Shown in pieces: positions 11,893-20,699 of a stretch of 64,000 bases of DNA. Both the position numbers and the translations under genes were made by a program. Source of the DNA: Calditrichota bacterium (GTDB lineage: Bacteria; Electryoneota; B3-LCP); the NCBI GenBank assembly GCA_020051775.1, contig JAGVQJ010000141.1, forward strand, positions 853-64,852, in the 5' to 3' direction. Each line of letters starts with the position of its first letter. Within the stretch, counting starts at the first letter, position 1. The notes under the pieces are model-generated. The model was not told the origin of the DNA. It was given only the letters and a program-made list of their open reading frames with translations, and searched no databases.

Positions 11893-11932
11893 CGCAAAAT
11901 TAAAGGGCGGCTTGCAGTGAGCAGGCCGCCCT
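11893..11932 (-). terminator. Rho-independent terminator of the beta-helix gene
   Basis: On the minus strand the sequence is AGGGCGGCCTGCTCACTGCAAGCCGCCCT, an 8-bp GC stem, followed by TTAATTTTG. Confidence 0.55.
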
Positions 11933-11979
11933 ATCTTCTTAGGCTTGACCGATTGGGTTGGTTAAAAGTCCCGCAAGGC

Positions 11980-13809
11980 CTATTTCGTCAGCACCATCTT
12001 CTGAGACTGAACCACGTTTCCAGCTTCCAGACGATAGAGATAGACGCCTGAAACCAGATTGGAGCCGTCGAACGTCACTTCATGCGCGCCGGCGTTCTGA
12101 TAGCCATTAACCAGAGTATTGACCAACTGCCCGGTAATGGTATAAACCGTCAATTTCACCATGCCGTCATGGGATAGATGGAAACGGATGGAGGTCGCTG
12201 GATTGAATGGATTAGGGCTGTTCTGCTCCAGGGTAACCAGACCTGGTAGAACTTTACTGGGCACCGCGCCATTGTTGGGATTGAAAGTCAACACATCGGT
12301 GGCAGGATCAACGGTCAAGTCCAACTCATCAGAGCCGACACCACTCAGACACAACACTGCCCCACTGTGTTCAAAGAGACCGCCCAGCGGATCACCGATA
12401 TTGGCCGTGCTGGAGCCGAATTCGTAAGCGCCGATATCCGGAGCCTGACCTACGTAGGGGAATCCCACCTGAGTGCCGGCATCAATGGCGGGACTGTTGG
12501 GTAGAAGTTGGAAGTTGGAATCCGGTGCCGAGACGAAGCCCGGACTCACATAGATGCTATTGTTTTCGGCGCTGGGCCAAGTGGCCTGCACTTCAGCCAG
12601 AGTTTTGTATGTGCCACCCGGACCAGGAGCTCCATACAACTTAAAGGGCTTATTATCGGGGAACGGCTGGCTGGAATTGGGGCACCAGTACAGGTTGTTG
12701 CTCCAAGTCTGGCTGGTGTAAGCCTGATACACTTCCGAGATGATCGCCCAGTGGTGGTCTTCCTGGCTGAGCATGTTGCAGATGATATTGTTGCGGAACA
12801 CACTGCTGGGATCATAGCTATCATAGAAGATGATCGTTGATTGATAGGGCGATCCGGGTACGGCAGTGTAGAAGACGTCCTTGTAGAGCGTGTTATTGTA
12901 GTAGTAGCATTGATCGCCCAACGGCGCGAGTTCCATGCCGCCACTCGATTTGATGATGTTGAAGGCAAAGGTCGTGTGGGAGCAGATCCCCTTCGCCATT
13001 ACGCCTTTATCGCCCCATTCACCAGATTCGGTATCGCGCTGGCCGTTGCGCGAGATGTAGTTATGACGCACGAAGGAGTTATCCGGGGAGAAATCCAGGC
13101 CGGACTCGTAATTGTTGATGATCATGTTGGAGTCAATCTGGGAGTTATCGCCGTCATACTGCGTCACATCGGATCCGTAGGCGATTCCCTTGTGCCAGTT
13201 GTTGGCGATCAGATTGTTTTTTACGACGAGCTGGCCGGAACTTCCGTAGATCACAATCCCGTGACCTTCTTCGTTCTGCGGCACGCCGTTCACTTCGCCA
13301 TTGAATTGGATTTCACAGTACCGAATTTGAATGCCACCGAAACCGCCACTCAAGTATATCCCGTCTTGCTCGTTGTGCGAGAAGGTGCACTTCATGACGG
13401 TCAGGAAATTGGCGGCATGGGTACCCGTTACTTCGAGGCCGCTGGAGCCGGAGTGCATAAATTTCAGCCCCCAGATTTTCCAGTGGTTGATTCCGCTCTC
13501 AAACCTAATTTTACCAGGGTCAATGGAAACTGATTCTTCTTTCAGCCTACGAATAACGATGGGTTGGGTAGGAGTTCCGCTGACCTCGGGAAAAATCTGT
13601 TCGGGGTAGTTACCCTGGCGGACGATGATGGTATCGCCCGCTTGAGCGCCACTGGAACTACTGACTGCGAAGCTGATGGTTCTCCAGGGCTGGGAGATGG
13701 TACCGGGGTTGTTGTTGTTACCGTTAAAGGCTACGTAGAGGTTGCGCGCGTCGGTTTGGGCAACCCATACCAACATAGCGCAGAGGAATGCTGACATTAT
13801 TGAGCGCAT
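11980..13809 (-). CDS. Secreted right-handed beta-helix (pectate-lyase-like fold) protein with a T9SS-type C-terminal sorting domain
   Basis: It has a signal peptide (FLCAMLVWVAQTDA) and repeated NNxxxG / beta-helix turns. The C-terminal tail is NPFNPATSIRF...VYTITGQLVNTL...GVYLYRLEA...KMVLTK. The start is set at the ATG at 13809 by alignment with the paralog at 29994. Confidence 0.8.
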   Translation of the reverse strand: MRSIMSAFLCAMLVWVAQTDARNLYVAFNGNNNNPGTISQPWRTISFAVSSSSGAQAGDTIIVRQGNYPEQIFPEVSGTPTQPIVIRRLKEESVSIDPGKIRFESGINHWKIWGLKFMHSGSSGLEVTGTHAANFLTVMKCTFSHNEQDGIYLSGGFGGIQIRYCEIQFNGEVNGVPQNEEGHGIVIYGSSGQLVVKNNLIANNWHKGIAYGSDVTQYDGDNSQIDSNMIINNYESGLDFSPDNSFVRHNYISRNGQRDTESGEWGDKGVMAKGICSHTTFAFNIIKSSGGMELAPLGDQCYYYNNTLYKDVFYTAVPGSPYQSTIIFYDSYDPSSVFRNNIICNMLSQEDHHWAIISEVYQAYTSQTWSNNLYWCPNSSQPFPDNKPFKLYGAPGPGGTYKTLAEVQATWPSAENNSIYVSPGFVSAPDSNFQLLPNSPAIDAGTQVGFPYVGQAPDIGAYEFGSSTANIGDPLGGLFEHSGAVLCLSGVGSDELDLTVDPATDVLTFNPNNGAVPSKVLPGLVTLEQNSPNPFNPATSIRFHLSHDGMVKLTVYTITGQLVNTLVNGYQNAGAHEVTFDGSNLVSGVYLYRLEAGNVVQSQKMVLTK

Positions 13810-14572
13810 ACTGACTCCGATTTGATTCATGTGTCGTTCTTGGCTTACTGTTTAAATGAGTATCAAGATGATCGGAAGTCAGTCTCCTTTTCGCTCAAGG
13901 TTTGAATTTTCGAGTTTTCTACAAAGGTCCAACCAATACCCTTCAGTTGATGGCCGGCGGCCAATGTTTGCCAGACTACGCTCCAGCGCCGACGGTGAAG
14001 ATCTGAAGTTCGAGGCGGCTCAGGTGGCCAAGGAAGACCGGGAAGCTTTATCAGTAGATGCCAATAACCCGGTCGGTAGCTGAATCAGAAGCAATCATAT
14101 CCATGTAATTGTAATCACATACTCAATTTAATTGGTTCATTCCGTTAAAGAAAGTATTGTTTTCATTATTTTCTGTGGTCGCTTTTCATATTAATGATAA
14201 TAATAAGGTTAACTATACTAACATTATCACATGTAATACTATAAGAAATATCCGCCATAATTACCTTTGATATAAATTTCGCTTTCATGTGCTGAAGATC
14301 ACACTGGTAAATTTGGCGCAGAAGTATTTTGGGAATTGCTGAGATTTTCTTTTTCATTTCCGACTTTCCACCTTCCAGATTTCGCGGCGCGCATGAGTTG
14401 TTTTTAAAAATTAATTTCAAATTATAATCATATATTAATTGTGAACAATATAATATAACGGACAGTTTATTACAAATGGATTTATTGATAAAAATACCCC
14501 TCCCCCAAGGGTATCTTCACTATAGGTCTACAAGGGGCAATTTTTGCTGCTTTAGGGGTTGGAGATCGCTTT

Positions 14573-15532
14573 TCAAGCACGCCGAGCAACGTCCAACTCC
14601 GCGTGGGCTGTGTCTCCTCGCAGGTGCTTTAAAGCATGAGGCAGAGCCGGCAGGATTACGCGCAGGTTTTCGACTGCGCCCTTTTCGCTGCCGGGAAGGT
14701 TGATGATGAGGGTGGATAAATAGAGGCCGCAGATTCCTCTCTGGAGCAAGGCGTGGGGCGTGTGGAGTGCAGATTCGCGGCGCATGGCTTCCGCCAGTCC
14801 AGGCACTTCCCTGGTGATTAGAGCCCGGGTGGCTTCCGGAGTTACGTCGCGCAGTGCGCAACCCGTGCCGCCGACTGTCACCACCAGATCCAAACCGCGC
14901 TCGGATAGATCCTTCAAGGTGGAGGTGATTTGATCGGCTTCATCGGGTACAATCGCCATCCCCGCGATGCGGGCTTCAAGCTCTTCCGTCAACAATCGTG
15001 CAGTCGCCGGACCGGCAGTATCCTGTGTCAAGCCGGCTGCACAGCGATCAGAAACGGTCAGTACCGCCGCCTGCAAAGTCGTTCGCGGTACGAGCACCAT
15101 TACTTCGATGCTCACACCAAGCTCGATCCGACCGCCTTGGCGCACTCGGGCAAACACACCAGCACGCGGCATAATGCAGTCGCCGCTCTGTTGATAAATT
15201 GCGCAACGTGCATGGCACACCTTGCCGATCTGGGTGAGTTCCAGTCGCGCCCGTCCTATTTGCAAGACCGTACCGATCCCCAATTCGCTGAGAGACAGCC
15301 CTTGGACGACCAGGTTTTCACCGAATGCGCCCGGCTTCAAATCCAGACCTTTGGAACTCATGAAAGCGATATCATCTGCGTCCAACAGACTGACCTGCCG
15401 GTGACCCGGACCGGCATGAGCGTCGTTCAACAACCCATAGTGTTCCCGCAACTCGGCTGACGGAACAGGATGCTTGACCGTCCCTTTCTGCTGAGATACG
15501 CAGACAGCTGTAATGATGCCGGATTTATTCAT
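14573..15532 (-). CDS. Fusion protein: MOSC domain (YiiM-like) + MogA/MoaB molybdopterin adenylyltransferase domain
   Basis: The N-terminal about 150 aa carry MOSC-like motifs (GLLNDAHAGPGHRQVSLL, GENLVVQGL). The C-terminal about 170 aa are MogA-like (DLVVTVGGTG, INLPGSEKGAVENL). The start at 15532 makes an ATGA overlap with the moaC stop. Confidence 0.75.
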   Translation of the reverse strand: MNKSGIITAVCVSQQKGTVKHPVPSAELREHYGLLNDAHAGPGHRQVSLLDADDIAFMSSKGLDLKPGAFGENLVVQGLSLSELGIGTVLQIGRARLELTQIGKVCHARCAIYQQSGDCIMPRAGVFARVRQGGRIELGVSIEVMVLVPRTTLQAAVLTVSDRCAAGLTQDTAGPATARLLTEELEARIAGMAIVPDEADQITSTLKDLSERGLDLVVTVGGTGCALRDVTPEATRALITREVPGLAEAMRRESALHTPHALLQRGICGLYLSTLIINLPGSEKGAVENLRVILPALPHALKHLRGDTAHAELDVARRA

Positions 15533-16017
15533 AGTTCCCGTTCCTGTCTTTGCCATTGACCGGAGCGACCACCTTCCTTGAAAATCAGGCGCACCTGTTC
15601 GATGGTTATCTCGTGCGACACGGCTTTGAGCATATCATACACAGTCAAGGCCGCAGCAGCGACGGCGGTGAGCGCTTCCATCTCCACTCCCGTAGAACCC
15701 ATTGCAGTCGTTTCCGCTGTTATCAGCAATTTGAGGTCGTCTTGCGAGAATTCAACCGTAACGCAGCTTAAGGTCACCGGATGGCACAGTGGAATCAGAT
15801 CGGAGGTTTTCTTGGCTGCCATGATACCCGCCAGACGCGCTGCCTCGAAGACGTTGCCTTTGGGTGTTCGGCCATCACGCAGGGCATGTGCTGCTTCGGC
15901 ACCCAGAGCAACTCGGCATTGTGCGATGGCTCGGCGCCTGGTCGGCGGCTTATCGCTGACGTCAACCATGCGCAGACGGCCGTCAGCATCCAAATGAGTC
16001 AGTTCATCATCAGGCAT
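15529..16017 (-). CDS. moaC: Cyclic pyranopterin monophosphate synthase MoaC
   Basis: MoaC-family motifs (THLDADGRLRMVDVSDK, KGNVFEAARLAGIMAAKKTSDLIPLCHP). Confidence 0.9.
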   Translation of the reverse strand: MPDDELTHLDADGRLRMVDVSDKPPTRRRAIAQCRVALGAEAAHALRDGRTPKGNVFEAARLAGIMAAKKTSDLIPLCHPVTLSCVTVEFSQDDLKLLITAETTAMGSTGVEMEALTAVAAAALTVYDMLKAVSHEITIEQVRLIFKEGGRSGQWQRQEREL

Positions 16018-16018
16018 A

Positions 16019-17020
16019 TTATCCTCCTACGGCGGCCATCGCCTCCGGCGTGATCATGCCTGACGGTGGCAGCTTCCTCTCAATATAAAGGCGCACCAGT
16101 TGGGTCGCTGAGGCAGGTGACAATTTTTTCAGGCAATCGGTCAGAGGAAAATAGAGAGGGTCCATCAGGCAGCGGCGCAGCCGGCCTCGAGCATCCAGAC
16201 GCAACCGGTCGCATCCTGCGCAAAAGCGTTGAGATTGAGGCGAAATCCATCCTACCACGATTCGTTCGCCCTGCCAATGCACAGCGGTTCTTCGTGCCGG
16301 TTCATTTCCTAATCTTGGAAGCGATTCAACAAGACTTTGTGTTTCCAACCAGGATCTCACCTCGCTATTTGAAATGTACTCGTTACGCGCCCAATCTGCC
16401 GCTACCCCCGTCTCCATCAATTCGATGAAGCGCAGCTCGAAACCCTTGCGGGCGGCATAATCCAAGAGTTGAGGCACATCTTCCCGCCAGCAGCTTCGAC
16501 GCAGCACTGCATTTAACTTGATTGGATTTAATCCGGCTGCGACAGCCGCGTCTATTCCCTCTAAAGTATCCTGCAAGCACCCGCCTGTCAATTCGCGGAA
16601 GCGGAGGGGATGCAACGAATCCAACGATACATTAACTCGACGAAGCCCCGCATCACACAATGCTTCTGCCGCCTTAGCCAGTCGAGATCCATTGGTGGTC
16701 ATGGAGAGGTCTTTCAGACCGGGAAGCGCGATAAGTTCTTGAACCAAGTTGGTGAGACCCTTGCGCAGCAGTGGTTCACCACCGGTTAGTTTGACCTTGA
16801 CCAACGGGAAAAGATTGTTCAACCAAGCGACGGTTTCGGCCAGTTCTTCCAGCGAGGGCATTTGCGAGGCCGATACGGGATTGTTCAGGCCCTGGGGCAT
16901 ACAATAATGGCAGCGTAGGTTGCAACGATCGGTGACGGACAGCCGCAAAACTGAGGGGATTGGGATTGTTCCGGGCTTGAAGGGTTCAGGGGAGAACACG
17001 GCGCGGTTTGTCCTCGTCAT
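16019..17020 (-). CDS. moaA: GTP 3',8-cyclase MoaA (radical SAM)
   Basis: The radical-SAM CxxxCxxC motif is CNLRCHYCMP; the C-terminal second-cluster motif is CAGCDRLRLDARGRLRRC. Confidence 0.9.
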   Translation of the reverse strand: MTRTNRAVFSPEPFKPGTIPIPSVLRLSVTDRCNLRCHYCMPQGLNNPVSASQMPSLEELAETVAWLNNLFPLVKVKLTGGEPLLRKGLTNLVQELIALPGLKDLSMTTNGSRLAKAAEALCDAGLRRVNVSLDSLHPLRFRELTGGCLQDTLEGIDAAVAAGLNPIKLNAVLRRSCWREDVPQLLDYAARKGFELRFIELMETGVAADWARNEYISNSEVRSWLETQSLVESLPRLGNEPARRTAVHWQGERIVVGWISPQSQRFCAGCDRLRLDARGRLRRCLMDPLYFPLTDCLKKLSPASATQLVRLYIERKLPPSGMITPEAMAAVGG

Positions 17021-18246
17021 AAACCCTCTAAGTAAAGCGGATAATAATCGGCTGTGTCACCGGCCATTGCGTATGTTTCGGCTCCAAGCCTTATCAAGGC
17101 GTTGGCACTGGCTGCCCCGGCGAGGTCGTGGGACCCCTTCCAGGGCAGTGGAATGATCTCGGATTCTCCTGATAAATTTAATACTCCCGGATGCAGCAGG
17201 GCGCGTTTTTCCCGATTCTCCAAAGGCGCGGTCAGAACGGCGCGATGAGGCGCTTCTCGCAATAGAGAGGCATTCCCCGCCAATGCCAGACCCAGTGGCA
17301 GTGCGAACATCCGCCAGCCAGTCAGCACAGACACGGGATTTCCCGGAAGGCCCAACAGCCAGGTTTCGCCAAGGCGAGCCGCCAGCACTGGTTTCCCCGG
17401 TTTGATGGCCACGCGGTGAAAAAGTATATTCCCGCCGATCTGGCGCACGGCTTCAGGTACGAAATCAAAATCTCCCACCGATACCCCGCCGCTGGTCACC
17501 ACTAAATCAGAAACCGAGGCGGCCTGCTCCAAAACGCGACAGGTTTGATCCAGGTCGTCGGTACAAGATAATTGCTGCACAAAGGTGAACCGCGCCTGAT
17601 TAACACAGGCTTCCAACAGAGGGCCATTGCTGTCACGGATGAAGCCCTTGGGAGGTTGTTGATCCGGGTTCACTAGTTCAGCTCCGGTCATGACCACGGC
17701 GATGCGCGGTTGGGGAATTACCGGAACCTCGCCGACTCCGGCTGCGGCCAGTAATGCAATTCGACCCGGCGTAAGAAGATCCCCCTTTATTCCGATTCGG
17801 ACGCCTTCGGTCAGCACTTCACCTTGGCGGCGGACGTGGCTGCCTTGGGGGAGCCATTCCAATCGGAACCGGCCATTGGGGTGAACCACCGTCTGTTCCT
17901 GAGGAATGACGGTGTCGGCGCCAGGTGGGACTAAAGCACCGGTGAAAATACGGCAGATTGAACCAGCCGGCAGCGGACCCGGATCGTCCCCGGCGCGCAC
18001 TTCAAACGCTACCGGCAGGGAATCCATCCCGATCAATTCGTTCCATCGAACAGCATAGCCATCCATCGCCGAGACATCGCCGGAGGGTAGGTTCGCGCGA
18101 GAGAAAATATCAGCGGCCAATCGCAACCCGCTTGCATTCCTAACCGAGACTCTTTGGGTCGTAAGTTCACCCACGGTCTCCGCCAAAATTTGCCGAGCGG
18201 CGTCCAAACTCAATAACGGGGCAGGTTTTTCAGGTATGGGTATCAT
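17017..18246 (-). CDS. moeA: Molybdopterin molybdenumtransferase MoeA
   Basis: MoeA-family motifs (DVSAMDGYAV, VVTSGGVSVGDFDFV). It has a 4-nt overlap with moaA. Confidence 0.9.
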   Translation of the reverse strand: MIPIPEKPAPLLSLDAARQILAETVGELTTQRVSVRNASGLRLAADIFSRANLPSGDVSAMDGYAVRWNELIGMDSLPVAFEVRAGDDPGPLPAGSICRIFTGALVPPGADTVIPQEQTVVHPNGRFRLEWLPQGSHVRRQGEVLTEGVRIGIKGDLLTPGRIALLAAAGVGEVPVIPQPRIAVVMTGAELVNPDQQPPKGFIRDSNGPLLEACVNQARFTFVQQLSCTDDLDQTCRVLEQAASVSDLVVTSGGVSVGDFDFVPEAVRQIGGNILFHRVAIKPGKPVLAARLGETWLLGLPGNPVSVLTGWRMFALPLGLALAGNASLLREAPHRAVLTAPLENREKRALLHPGVLNLSGESEIIPLPWKGSHDLAGAASANALIRLGAETYAMAGDTADYYPLYLEGL

Positions 18247-18456
18247 TAAGGAACCATTGGAAAGGTAATGCCCAAGCGTAATGATAATAAATTATGCCAA
18301 CCGGAAGACAGGAAAGCAAGGATTATTCTCCTTATTTTCCTTGAAGGTTACTTCCTTGTAAAGCCTACCGCATCAGAGGAAAATGGGGAAATTGCTTGAT
18401 TTAAGGCTTGTCCGGGTATAAGTTTTTACTGGGACTTTCATAAGTATTATAGAAAG

Positions 18457-19029
18457 ATGGACGACAGCATCACCGGGTATATCTTAGCGGGCGGCAGCAG
18501 CCGACGCATGGGACGCGATAAACGGCTGATCCGCTTCAATGGAAAGACACTGTTGGAAGGCGCTATCAGTCTTCTCGAGGCAGTTTGTCCTGGCTCGCCG
18601 ATCCTGGCGGGAAACAACCTTACCCGTATCGCTCCGAGCGGATATCGTATCCTACCCGACGCCCAGGCGGGATGCGGCCCGCTGGGGGGATTGGTCGCGG
18701 CGTTGGGAGATTGCCCTACTCCCTGGGCCTTGGTCATTGGGGTGGATATGCCGCTATTGACACCGAAGGTATTGAAATCCTTGATTCAGGCGCCGCGGAT
18801 GGGATTTCAAGGCGTATGTCTTTCATGCGGTGACATTTTGGAGCCACTCGCGGCGATCTATGCCAGGGAGGGATTGGAATACTGGCGTAAACGCTTGGAA
18901 GCTGGTGAGTTCAGTTTAACAAGCGGAATCGAAGAATTATGCTGGAAAAGTGTACTGATTCCTAATGGAAACCGAGCGATGTTAAACGTGAATCAGCAAC
19001 AGGATCTTGCTTCCCTTTTCGGGGAATAA
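18457..19029 (+). CDS. mobA: Molybdenum cofactor guanylyltransferase MobA
   Basis: MobA-family motifs (GYILAGGSSRRMGRDKRLIRFNGKTLLE, GCGPLGGL). It is divergent from the moa operon. Confidence 0.85.
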   Translation: MDDSITGYILAGGSSRRMGRDKRLIRFNGKTLLEGAISLLEAVCPGSPILAGNNLTRIAPSGYRILPDAQAGCGPLGGLVAALGDCPTPWALVIGVDMPLLTPKVLKSLIQAPRMGFQGVCLSCGDILEPLAAIYAREGLEYWRKRLEAGEFSLTSGIEELCWKSVLIPNGNRAMLNVNQQQDLASLFGE

Positions 19030-19087
19030 AAGAGCGCAGATCGTGCGATCTGCGCTGGTGATTCGGCGATATTAGCCGGGTGTTAGC

Positions 19088-19735
19088 TCAAGCATTGCTT
19101 TTGCGGTTTCGAGCGCGGTTGATTTTTGGGATCAAAAACAGCCTGGTGAGCAACCCAACGCGCACTTGTTTCATCCGCAGAGTAATTTCCATGTTATCGG
19201 GATCCATCGTATAAGCGGCCAGAAGGCGACGCCGCGCGCGACTACGGTGACCGGCCTGATGATGCATCTCGCCTAAGATCATGTTCGCCTTGGCGCGATG
19301 CTGCCGAGAGTTAGAGCCTCCATGCGCTTCGGCGGCATAACGAAGCACCTCTACCGCCTCGTCATGACGACCCGCCGCCACTAACGCCTCGCCGTAACCA
19401 CAGTAATACTTGGCGTTGGTGTTCTCAAAATCGCAGGCTGCCTTGAGATGCCGGAGAGCTTTTTCCGCCCGATTGTTCTTCAGCAATGCCATGCCCAACT
19501 TGTACTTCTGATCCGCACGTTTCAAGAGGTCATCGGGGCGAATATCCAGTTGTGTACCGGTTTCCTCCTGACCCACCAGCAGTTCCAGTAAGGGCTCGAA
19601 GTAAGCTGGGTCTTCCTCCAGGGACTGGCGAAATTCCTGCTCTGCTTCCAGCAGTGATCCGCTGTTCTTTAGTTCCATGCCGCGCTGATAATGTTCGTCA
19701 GCATTAGCGCGGCGTTCAAAAATTGTTTCAGCCAT
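19088..19735 (-). CDS. Tetratricopeptide-repeat protein
   Basis: It has repeated TPR-like helices (YQRGMELKNSGSLLEAEQEFRQSLEEDP, KYKLGMALLKNNRAEKALRHLKAA, YGEALVAAGRHDEAVEVLRYA). Confidence 0.7.
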   Translation of the reverse strand: MAETIFERRANADEHYQRGMELKNSGSLLEAEQEFRQSLEEDPAYFEPLLELLVGQEETGTQLDIRPDDLLKRADQKYKLGMALLKNNRAEKALRHLKAACDFENTNAKYYCGYGEALVAAGRHDEAVEVLRYAAEAHGGSNSRQHRAKANMILGEMHHQAGHRSRARRRLLAAYTMDPDNMEITLRMKQVRVGLLTRLFLIPKINRARNRKSNA

Positions 19736-20123
19736 TTCTTCTAGGTCTCCGGAGCCAATTATTTAGTATTTCGTGTAGCCCCTGTGCAATTTAAATGCCG
19801 AAGTTACTTTATCGAAAAATAAATAATTTAAGTATATTATTATCAGATATTAAGATATTTTTCTCACAAACGACGCACGTGCTACTGGCTCTTTTTTTTG
19901 CCGCCGCGGGGTTGGATTTTCCGGGGAAAGCGGCGAAATGTAGCCACCCCATAGCCGGTTGAGGATAAGCCAGCCCGATGATACGGCTAACGATACCTGT
20001 GAACCGGGAATGATAATGGAGAATCAATCGCGAACGAACCGGAATGATAGAAGTCCGTAAAAACGATTGACTTTTTTTATTTCTGTTATTATCTTAATTA
20101 GTTCTGGGTTTTTGATTGTTGCA

Positions 20124-20133
20124 TGGTATAAAT
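20124..20133 (+). promoter_or_regulatory. Possible extended -10 promoter element upstream of tRNA-Ala
   Basis: TGGTATAAAT lies about 75 nt upstream of the tRNA 5' end. No convincing -35 element is present, and promoter rules for this lineage are unknown. Confidence 0.25.
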
Positions 20134-20207
20134 TCCAGCATTGAAGTGATCCCTCCCCATGATTGAGGTTGCTTCGTTTCGATCATAATCGCCAATACCA
20201 TCCGCCT

Positions 20208-20280
20208 GGGGCTGTAGCTCAACTGGGAGAGCGATACGTTCGCAACGTATAGGTCGGCGGTTCGAGCCCGCTCAGCTCCA
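20208..20280 (+). tRNA. tRNA-Ala (anticodon CGC), CCA not encoded
   Basis: The sequence forms a manual cloverleaf: acceptor GGGGCTG/CAGCTCC with a G3:U70 pair, D-arm GCTC-AACTGGGA-GAGC, anticodon stem ATACG/CGTAT with loop TTCGCAA, T-arm GGCGG-TTCGAGC-CCGCT. Confidence 0.85.
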
Positions 20281-20381
20281 CAATCGGTACTTGCGAGTGA
20301 AGCGAAATAATCTGATCATTGGGTAGAGATTGCTTCGGAACTTTGTCCCTCGCAATGACACTTTCATGATTCATTGCAAGA

Positions 20382-20653
20382 GGCTGTGCTAGGCGGGGAG
20401 TCAGCGGTGCCCTGTAGCCCGAAATCCGCTATAGCGGGGCCGAAAACCCACCCAATAGAGGTTACCTTAACGCCCGGATCCTGTAAGCACGTGATGCTGA
20501 AGGCCAAGTCCCACGCAATGGGACCTCGCCCAACCCCGTCAGGCCTGGAAGGGAGCAGCGGTTAGCGAACGTTTCATGTGCCGTGGGGGAGCTTGACTGG
20601 AATCGGCGACTTTCGGGTGAACCGGCGCGGGTAATCGAAGGTGGGGCACAGCC
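20382..20653 (+). ncRNA. ffs: Signal recognition particle RNA, large (Bacillus-type, Alu-domain-containing) form
   Basis: The 5' end GGCTGTGCTAGGCGGGGAG...GTGCCCTGTAGCC matches the Alu-domain consensus. The domain IV motif GTCAGGCCTGGAAGGGAGCAGC is present. The 5'/3' ends pair (GGCTGTGCT / GGCACAGCC) and are followed by TTTTT. It sits upstream of dnaX, as in the scr-dnaX-ybaB-recR arrangement of Firmicutes. Confidence 0.8.
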
Positions 20654-20699
20654 TTTTTAAGTCGTTGATCGTAAGTCGTTACTCATTGGTCATTGGAAA

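Noticed and set aside
12841-13533. 230-aa + strand ORF and its counterpart 29895-30740 (-)
   Set aside because: Both are antisense shadow ORFs inside the two paralogous beta-helix genes. They mirror each other only because the sense genes are paralogs, and their products are V/G/D-rich with no motifs.
14166-14420. 84-aa ORF in the AT-rich region, and similarly 29503-29685 and 29695-29898
   Set aside because: They lie in low-complexity AT-rich upstream regions of the paralogous beta-helix genes. They are not syntenic between the two copies and have no RBS or motifs.
19736-20207. Possible small RNA or -35/-10 promoter in the TPR-tRNA spacer (TTGACT...TATCTT at 20067-20095)
   Set aside because: Spacing is acceptable but it lies more than 110 nt from the tRNA, and no supporting structure was found. 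Only a low-confidence extended -10 closer to the tRNA was kept.
20374-20565. 63-aa ORF
   Set aside because: It sits entirely inside the SRP RNA gene.
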